Assembly (NCBI RefSeq): GCF_000150275.1
Contig: NW_002060943.1
Span: 2,818,462 to 2,882,461, forward strand
Length of the DNA stretch: 64,000 nt
Origin: Trichoplax adhaerens
Taxonomy: Eukaryota > Animalia > Placozoa
Direction of reading: 5' to 3'
Part shown: in pieces, positions 55,994 to 64,000 of the stretch
Layout of the letters: each line of letters begins with the position of its first letter
Numbering within the stretch: position 1 is the stretch's first letter
Made by a program: the position numbers and the translations under genes
The notes under the pieces: model-generated
What the model was told of the DNA's origin: nothing
What the model saw: the letters and a program-made list of their open reading frames with translations, nothing else
Database searches by the model: none

Positions 55994-56257
55994 ATGAAAT
56001 CTTTTACTGCATATTTGCTGTTATTTGGCGTTCTTATTGCCATTCTAGCTCTACTTGTGAATACGCGAGAGATCAGTAGTGTGGATAAGGTTGAATTATA
56101 CCGGAGGGCCATCAGACAAAAACGGTGCTTGCCCAGAATCTGCTATGGGCATGAAGATTGCTGCAGCGGTTTTGATTGTTATGTTGTACCTGCAGCATGC
56201 ATAGCTGGCTCACCGACCAATCCAGGTATTTGTGTTCCTGAGCAGATTCAATGCTAA
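55994..56257 (+). CDS. Secreted cysteine-rich (knottin-like) prepropeptide 2, 87 aa, intronless
   Basis: Signal peptide (MKSFTAYLLLFGVLIAILALLVNT), propeptide ending in furin-type RQKR, mature 43 aa C-x4-C-x5-CC-x4-C-x6-C-x10-C-x6-C. Same Cys framework as the ORF at 46388-46666. Confidence 0.9.
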   Translation: MKSFTAYLLLFGVLIAILALLVNTREISSVDKVELYRRAIRQKRCLPRICYGHEDCCSGFDCYVVPAACIAGSPTNPGICVPEQIQC

Positions 56258-57619
56258 TCCCTACCAAAGCTTGGTTGTTGAACGGATTAGCTTGGCAGTT
56301 TATGTAGATGGCAGTACGTAAGTTGATAGTAATTTATGCATTAGTTTAAGATAGGGTTAGTTACTGGAAAGGAACAGGCGCTATTCTAGCAGTGTCCTTA
56401 TTTATCTTTCTATGGTTCTAAAATAGATATCAATCGTTATATTTAAGTTGATTTATTCTGGCTAGAAATGCTACTGTACGCCATTTAAACGTGCCTAAAC
56501 TAAGTTAAGCAGATTTTGATACCATTACGGTACTATTTTGTTTCTTTATGGATAATTGTTAGTTTACTTTAGGCCTCTAAGCACTTATAGTTGCAAATAG
56601 ACTTACTCATGCATGAAAAACTAAAAGAGCAACATATTAGCAGCCATCTTACGCACTATGGCAGTGGCATTTCATAGACCGTCTACTTGCGAGAAAGGAT
56701 ATGATTAACCATGAAAACTCATGCCAACGATAGAAATGCATCAACGATAGAAGTACATCTTTCAGCAGTTCTGTCACTGCAATTTCAATTCTTAATGATC
56801 CATCCAAGCTCCACCACTAGCCAACGAGAACATACAAGAACAGCCGATCATAACATATTAATCAAATAATACCTATATGCTATAAAATTGTTACTTAATT
56901 TAACCTCTTAATAAATTGGCTAATTAATGTCACTAGATAGCTAGACTTCCAAGATTGATTTGATACAGAACTTGATAATATATTCCAGTGATTCAAGTTG
57001 GTGTTGATTACATTTAGACAACTACAGTGCGCTAGCATAGGATTATATCGAATAGCTATTTGAATGGGAACAGTAGGGTTATACTTATCTCTACAACAAG
57101 TTTCTTTAATACCTAATGATGGATATTATTATCTTTGCGGTACTGTTGCTGTAATGGAGTATTACCAAGGTTAAATGACACTTTTGCAATATTTTTTGCT
57201 TATTGCGCAGCCATAGAATTGCTTCCTTGCTGCATTTATATTGCTATAATGTCTTTCAGCTAATTCATAGTCTAATTGAAAAAAGATTTAATCTCATAAA
57301 AAAGTGCAACTCTACATGCATGAAAGAAAAATAAAAGTAAATATACTCTATTTTACCGTTGTAACGATTGTAATTTCTAATGAAAATTATTCTATAAATT
57401 AAGTATCCAAAATATTCTGTCTTACTTTCCTTAATATTTAGACAGAGGTTGCCACAAACTTTCAAATAATTATATATGGTATTATGTATGTTATTTACTA
57501 TTTACTAGATGCAGTCGTATTATACACGCATATTGAAGTTGCGACCAGGTAAAAAGTGTGATTCACTATCGCGATCAAGTAGAGCCCAAACTCTTAATCA
57601 AATTATCTCCTCAAAGAAA

Positions 57620-58332
57620 GCAGTACTGTATGCGTGCATATTTAAATTGATGTCGAATTAAAACTTTGATCTCATTAACTCTCGAACGAACCATACAAAT
57701 TAATAGTACATGAAGTAGTAGTAATCGCATATTTAAATTGATATCAAATTAAAAATTTAATCTTATTTACTCTAACTGAGTTATGCCCGAATTCTTAAAT
57801 CATACAAAATAGTCATAGATGAAATAGTACTAAGTAGCTTGTGTAAATTGATATCAAATTGAAAATTTGATCCCATTTATTCTAAATCAAGTCACGCTGA
57901 AATTCTTAAATCAAGGACTGTAAAGAGGTATAGTGGAATGGATGTCAAATTTTTCGATCTCATTTTTCTTTTACTCTCCAGCAAGTTATACCCAAATTCT
58001 TAAATCATACAAACTGGTGGATCAAGCAGTAGTAACGTGTACTTAAATTAATATCAAATTAAAACTTCGATATCATTCACTCTCGATCAAGTCATGCCCA
58101 AATTCTTAAAATCATGTAAACTAGTCGCAGATGAAGTAGTAACGGGACATTTAAATTCAATTAAACTTTGATCTACAGTGATTCATGATCGAGTAAGACC
58201 CAAATTGCTAAATCATCCAAATTATCGGCTAGATTAAGCTGGATTACACGCGCATATTTAAATGAATATCAGCTTAGAATTTTGGTCTACAGTTCCTTGT
58301 GACCAAGCAATGTCAAATTGTTAAAATCCTGC
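57620..58332. repeat. Degenerate tandem array, ~100-115 bp unit x~7
   Basis: Recurring taaattgatatcaaattaaaa.tttgatc...tactct...aagt.atgcccaaattcttaaatcatacaaa...gatgaagtagta. Confidence 0.8.
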
Positions 58333-60794
58333 TAAATTGTTATCGATAGCATTGAACTTACTCGCTCCAGCCTTGCACTACTAGCTTTATATATTCCATT
58401 TTAGACTGTTAATATGAGATAAAAAATTCAAATAAGTAAGGTATCTTTGCAAATTCAAATTAAATATTTATGTATAGGAAATGACTCATTTACAAGCACC
58501 ACCGGCTGACAGTAAATTTTTTGGTTAAATTTTATTCATCAGAAAGCATACACCTTTAATGATTATATTAACATATTCGTAGATTGATGTTTACAATTTA
58601 GTCCTGTAACCTCTACATGCCAGTCCAAATCACAAAAAAGAAAGTCTGTATACGCATATGCAAAAAGTACGAAACAAATTCAGCTTCAATATGAATATGT
58701 TGTTTTGCAATATGCATGTTCTCAGTAAGCGCATGGATGGATGGATTAATAAGCCAAGATTTGAAATTCCAATAAGAAGAAAATACGAGTAGTTAAGTCA
58801 ATTCTGACTGGAAAACTACGAATTTCATTAATCTAACTATATTGCAGCTAGTCAAGTCTCGAAAAAATGTTATAAACACTCATTTAACTTTATCAGATAA
58901 TTAGATGGGATTATCTTAGCTTATGAATATTGTAGATGAATATGGCAAAATGCAAATTTAATTATGATAGTCACATTTTTGCATAGACAGTGCAATCAAA
59001 ATAGCATAAGCTACTTTTGTACAGGACTATAATCCAATTCTTAAAACTAATAATAGAAATTCTTAGTAATGGTTATAAGCTAGATTATTAATACTTAACT
59101 ATTTTGATTATTGCTACTAAAAGAGGTAAAATTTCTCCAAGTTTTCAATTTATGTCTACGGAAATTAGACATTAATATTTACTTTATTTATTTATTATCA
59201 AATTTTTATATACCACGGCCCCTTAAATTAGCAGCACTGTAACTGCCTTCTCTATAATAAAGATTCAATAGTTAATTGAAACGTATCGAAAATGAACAGG
59301 ATCTATGCTGTTGGTCTGCAACAGGCCTACAATGCAATTTAGTAATTTTATTTTCATGAAGCAAGCTTAGCATCATAGCAAAAGTAATCAGTTTTAATTT
59401 TGCCACAGCTGCGGTAACTACCTTGTTCTCAGAATTCCAGTAAATTACGACTTAAAATAAGTACTCAAGGCATCACTAATTTCCTTGCTATATTGCTTAG
59501 CAATTTGAAATAATGTAACATTGCACCGAATCTTACCTTCTAACCTAATTCATTAGCGGCTTGATCCTTCTGCTCATTTGGTATTATTTATTACTGGTAT
59601 GCTATCGATCAGATCCAAATTCATATAAATTTGATAGGGATAGCAGAAAGTGAGAAATGAAAATTTGATAAATTTAGCAATAAATCATCCCTACTTATTC
59701 GTTCACTCATTTAGCCTCTGAAACTCCAGTACATTGTAAGATAAATTCAGTAGGATGGTTCCAATAGTATCATGTTTACTCTAACTGTATACAAAATTCA
59801 CTAACAGATAATTTATTATGATTAATAAATATCATAATATAATTGTCGCGTAAAGTCAATAAAGTCACAAAGCTGATGGCTAGGGAAAGGTGCACTTCAT
59901 AGTAAAATCTTTGCATTAATACAGACATACGATAATAGTTAATTTTTTTGGATATAACAGAAGTGTACTTCCTGAACTTTGCTTAGATCATAGATGCAAT
60001 ATCGTTTTCTACGTAAGAATGCTTAGACTTAAATATGGTCGTTATGTTTATGGAGATTTGTGCGACTAGAAAATAATATAATCCCGATAAGATAGGAAGA
60101 CTACTGCGAAGCTGTAAATCAGCTGACGGTTGAAGAAAATGTTACAAGTCATTTACCTTAGTTACAGCCAAAAACTGACAAAGATTAAAGGCACTATCTA
60201 TCTTTATTTCTCGTATTTTCTTAATAGGATAATAAATTCGCGTATATTACTCTCGAATTTTACTTCTACCTATGGAGCAGAAAAATTAAAACTGCTTTGG
60301 AGTGATTATAGCGACATAATGAAGTAAAGTACTTGAATGTATACGCTATATATCATTGATCAATCCAGTAATAAAATGAAAGCGATTGAGGAAAGAATAT
60401 CACGCACCTCACTACTTAAAATGATCACATCTTAAGGGCTACGTTACTTAGGCCTTATGTTACTCGCACTAGATTTGTTCAAGAAGCAATCACTAGAAGT
60501 GAAGTAGCTTTCGGTTGGATACTTGTAGCAGGAACAAATAAACATTTTGGCGTATACCTACCAAATGAATCATAACATAGTTTTCTATAAAATCTGAAAG
60601 CATCATAGTTCTTCATTACTAGAATCCATAAGTCACTAGTCGCTCTTTATAAAGTGAACACTTTGGCAGGAATTATTACTATACTTTATTTATCATTAAA
60701 ATAGCAAATAATTCGATTAAGAAGATACTACGAGGATTACAGCAGATCTTTATTAGATAAGAATAAACTCGAGGGATCCTCATTTAAATTAGTA

Positions 60795-61504
60795 CTAGTG
60801 CAAACTCCCGTCGCTTTGCTGACGGTTTACGATAATGTGCTCATTTAACAGATAGTATTACCATTTGTCGTAGAACTGTCAGAGGTTCAGTAACTTTATA
60901 CCGTGTACTGTGTACTGTATGCTGTACAAATGCACGGTATAGCACTACAATAATGTACAGTACTGTACTGTACGTACAGTACTGTACAGTACTTTTACTA
61001 CAGTACTCATATTGTACTGTACTGTAGAACCGAACCGACGAACGACACACAGTTCATGTCGACATAAATCGGTTCGGAACCGAACCTCTGACAGGTCTAC
61101 GGACATTTGATAATGTACCCATTTGTTATAGTAGTGATGGAGTTGCCACTTCACAAAATACTAAGAAAGTGATAAATAGACTTCTTAAATTTGAAGATGT
61201 TTGACTCTCAGCTGCCTCTGCTAAACAATTAAACCATTAAAGTATTTTCTTCGCGATTTAAAATGCATAGAATATGACAATGAGGTAGACCACGCTTTTG
61301 AAACTCGATGGTATACATGAAAGCATTCAGATTGCCAAGGATACGGTTTCTGAGATCGTGTAATAATTTTTGTTGCTTAATTCTAAACACTCTCGCCGTG
61401 ATATCCGGACGATCTGCAGCTGATTGTCCTGGTTTGAGCTCGCTAATTATTTCGTGCCACTGTGCTTTGCATGTAATTGTTATAAATAACGTAGGTTTAC
61501 CAAA
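60795..61504 (-). mobile_element. Internally deleted, non-autonomous Helitron (3' end defined; 5' end not located)
   Basis: Minus 61504-61250 translates FGKPTLFITITCKAQWHEIISELKPGQSAADRPDITARVFRIKQQKLLHDLRNRILGNLNAFMYTIEFQKRGLPHCHIL (Helitron Rep motif 1 and HUH motif 2). Minus 61236-61129 gives WFNCLAEAAESQTSSNLRSLFITFLVFCEVATPSLL (RepHel inter-domain segment). The 3' terminus is CCGTCAGCAAAGCGACGG hairpin (60825-60808), a 9-nt spacer, then CTAG|T at 60798-60794. Confidence 0.9.
60904..61026. repeat. GTAC[A/T] array inside the Helitron 3' region
   Basis: tgtacagtactgtactgtacgtacagtactgtacagtac... lies between the RepHel fragment and the 3' hairpin. Confidence 0.85.
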
Positions 61505-63324
61505 TATACGTTTATGGTCAATTTGTTAATAAAATTAACAGATAGTATTATCATTCGATATTATATATATCCCTGTAATAGTAATGTACTATGCTATATT
61601 AAGATTAGTTAATAGTCCAAAGCACATTACGATAACTATTGTACGGTGATGGACATACTGTACCAAGTTAAGATTAGCAGGTACTGTAAGATATCTACAG
61701 TGCGGTTCAATGTCCTTAGTACTGTGGTCAATTCTATACCAATCATTATAATGTGTCTAAGGATCGCTGTCGTATGCAAGCAAAGCTTGCTCTATCGATA
61801 GTAACCGTTAGAAGAAATTGTAACAATCAAAATGGCTGTGTAGAAAACTCTATAAAGATTCTATGTTTATTCAATTTTCATCAGAATATTACATGAAATC
61901 AAAATTTAAAGGCCCAGTGGCCACTCTTAGCGATATAATGAATACTATTTTAATAATCAGTACTCTGCAGAAATTACTACCTTAGAGCTATTCGTTTTAC
62001 ATGAAGAAATCTTTAGGTTAAAAGTACTGTAAGAATCTTATACTGACCTATTGAAATGAACCCATAATCAGAGTCATTTAACAGTAGTATAAATACCCCC
62101 GCGCTACTCATATTCAAGAGTGGGATCATTAAATGTTTCGATTACTAGGCTTTATAAGGACTGTAGCTGGTTTTCATTTAGTAAAGAAAATATAGAGGAG
62201 TAAAGGTAATACAGTACATGGAAGCTATCCTTTCAGATTAAAATAAAATGCCTAATAACATAATTAGAGAATAGAAGCTCAGAACAGAAATTTGAGCTTC
62301 ATCACACCTCTGAATCGAATGGATACTGTCGGACTTCATATTAATTAATGCTATCAAATGTTATATCTTGCTTGATGATTATGAATTATAATTGAATTTC
62401 ATAATTAAATTTTTGCGTTCAAATTGAACTTTATTTATTATTATATTGAAATGTAATATATTGGACCTAACACACAGACCGCTCACTGATAACTTCCTAA
62501 TCTGAGTAAAAACAATTTTTATTCAATAAAGATATACTGTAATTTCTCTACCATCGGTAACTTACTAAAGAGCTGCCGTTAAGAATAAATGATTCACCAT
62601 ATGATATGACAACTTGTCAAGAAGTAAATTGAATATATGCTTGATGTTATTGAGAATATCTTCATCGATAAACAATAATCACGTACAATGTAATATGTAT
62701 TATTAAAATATATAATTATTAGGACGTAAGGCAGTTACTCTTATGATTGTTTACAGTATTGTGATTAAATCCGATCACGAAAATTAGAACTTTACTAGAT
62801 CTAATGCAAAGACTAGCTACACACAGCTCTACTCTAGCCAAATACAACTACTCAAAGACTTCTAGAAAGAGCAATCAGATAATCTAATATCTCCTGCTTT
62901 TACACTCTCTGTAGTCTTTGCAGTAGCAATCAGTATAGCAGCATTCTACTATATTTACACATATTCAGCTTATTATTACTTACAATATTTTAAAGCGAAC
63001 CATCATTAATTCAATATGGAAATGATTACAGTATTTTCGTGGATACTATTCTTACCATTTAAAGTACAATAAACTAAGCATATCCTAATATATGATTTAA
63101 AATTCTATTTTTACCTCTAACCTTATTAGTAGCTCAATATCTTACTGTATATAATATAGTCATCTATACTCTAGCATAGAGTCTATCCTTACAGTCTATA
63201 ATTATGGGCTACTAAATATGTATCATAAGATGAATGTAGAAAAGACAATACCGTACATCATGCTAAACATGGCTAATAGTCTACAATCACAATATTAAGT
63301 TACCTTTACAGTATATAAGCTTTT

Positions 63325-63374
63325 NNNNNNNNNNNNNNNNNNNNNNNNNNNNNNNNNNNNNNNNNNNNNNNNNN
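63325..63374. other. Assembly gap (50 N)
   Basis: Run of n. Confidence 0.99.
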
Positions 63375-63826
63375 GTATTAGTATGTTTACCGAATAAGGA
63401 TGGTTACTATATACAGTATAGAAATCAAAAGTAATTGGGACAGGGGAACTACAGTAGGATAACACTACGAATTGCAAGAGAGCAATAGAACTAATAGTAC
63501 CTACTGATGTGTATCAATCACTTCTACCTTCTCAATAATATTTACATAAATCCTAGAGATCATTCATTTCTATACCAATTCAAATTTCGTTAAGTAACTT
63601 TCATATTAGTAATCGGGACAGGGGAACTACAGTAGGATAACACTACGAATTGTAAGAGAGCAATAGAACTAATAGTACCTACTGATGTGTATCAATCACT
63701 TCTACCTTCTCAATAATATTTACTTAAACCCTACAGATCATTCATTTCTATACCAATTCAAAATTTCGTTAAGTAACTTTCGTATTAGTATGTTTACTGA
63801 ATAAGGATGGTTACTATATACGGTAT
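63375..63826. repeat. Tandem duplication, 178-bp unit x2, flanked by a 45-bp repeat, next to the gap
   Basis: 63431-63608 and 63609-63790 are near-identical; 63375-63419 recurs at 63782-63826. Confidence 0.9.
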
Positions 63827-64000
63827 TAATGCTATGTTAAGGTTGGTGAGCGAAACTGTCAAATATACGTTTATGGTCAATTTCTTAATAAAATTAACAG
63901 ATAGTATTATCATTCGATATTATACATATCCTAGTAACAGTAATATACTATGCTATATTAAGATTAGTTAATGGTCCAGAGCACATTATGATAACTAATG

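Larger units (their letters stand above)
61501..63997. repeat. ~138-bp direct repeat pair (61501-61638 and 63860-63997)
   Basis: caaatatacgtttatggtcaattt.ttaataaaattaacagatagtattatcattcgatattata.atatcc..gtaa.agtaat.tactatgctatattaagattagttaat.gtcca.agcacatta.gataacta at both sites; the second runs to the window end. Confidence 0.88.

Noticed and set aside
59290-59360. EQDLCCWSATGLQCNLV frame resembling a decayed peptide paralog
   Set aside because: Spacing differs from CC-x4-C, and there is no signal peptide or other conserved residues.
61308-61529. Cys-rich 73-aa plus-strand ORF as a third knottin paralog
   Set aside because: No signal peptide or matching Cys spacing; it is the antisense of the Helitron Rep fragment.

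Overview
AT-rich, intron-dense eukaryotic (animal) DNA with mostly ~60-150 bp introns. A basal metazoan such as a placozoan is my inference from composition and gene structure; it is not proven. The window has two distinct halves. (1) 1-45 kb is a compact housekeeping cluster with nearly strict strand alternation: ATXN2(+), BRE1/RNF20-40(-), HPS4(+), UBE2G1(-), HGH1(-), NFATC2IP/Rad60-like(+), EIF2B1(-), GTF2H3(+). Each divergent or upstream intergenic gap from BRE1 to GTF2H3 is marked by a strand-symmetric (GTAC[A/T])n pentamer array. EIF2B1/GTF2H3 keep the head-to-head arrangement they have in human. (2) 45-64 kb is gene-poor. It holds two divergent, intronless, TATA-box paralogs encoding secreted prepro-peptides with an 8-Cys knottin-like, acidic mature domain that I cannot assign to a named family; this is the best candidate for an undescribed system. 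It also holds several degenerate tandem repeats, and an internally deleted Helitron (two RepHel fragments plus a canonical hairpin/CTAG 3' end) that carries its own GTAC[A/T] array. Exon boundaries were assigned by eye from GT/AG sites and frame continuity; first exons are the least certain.
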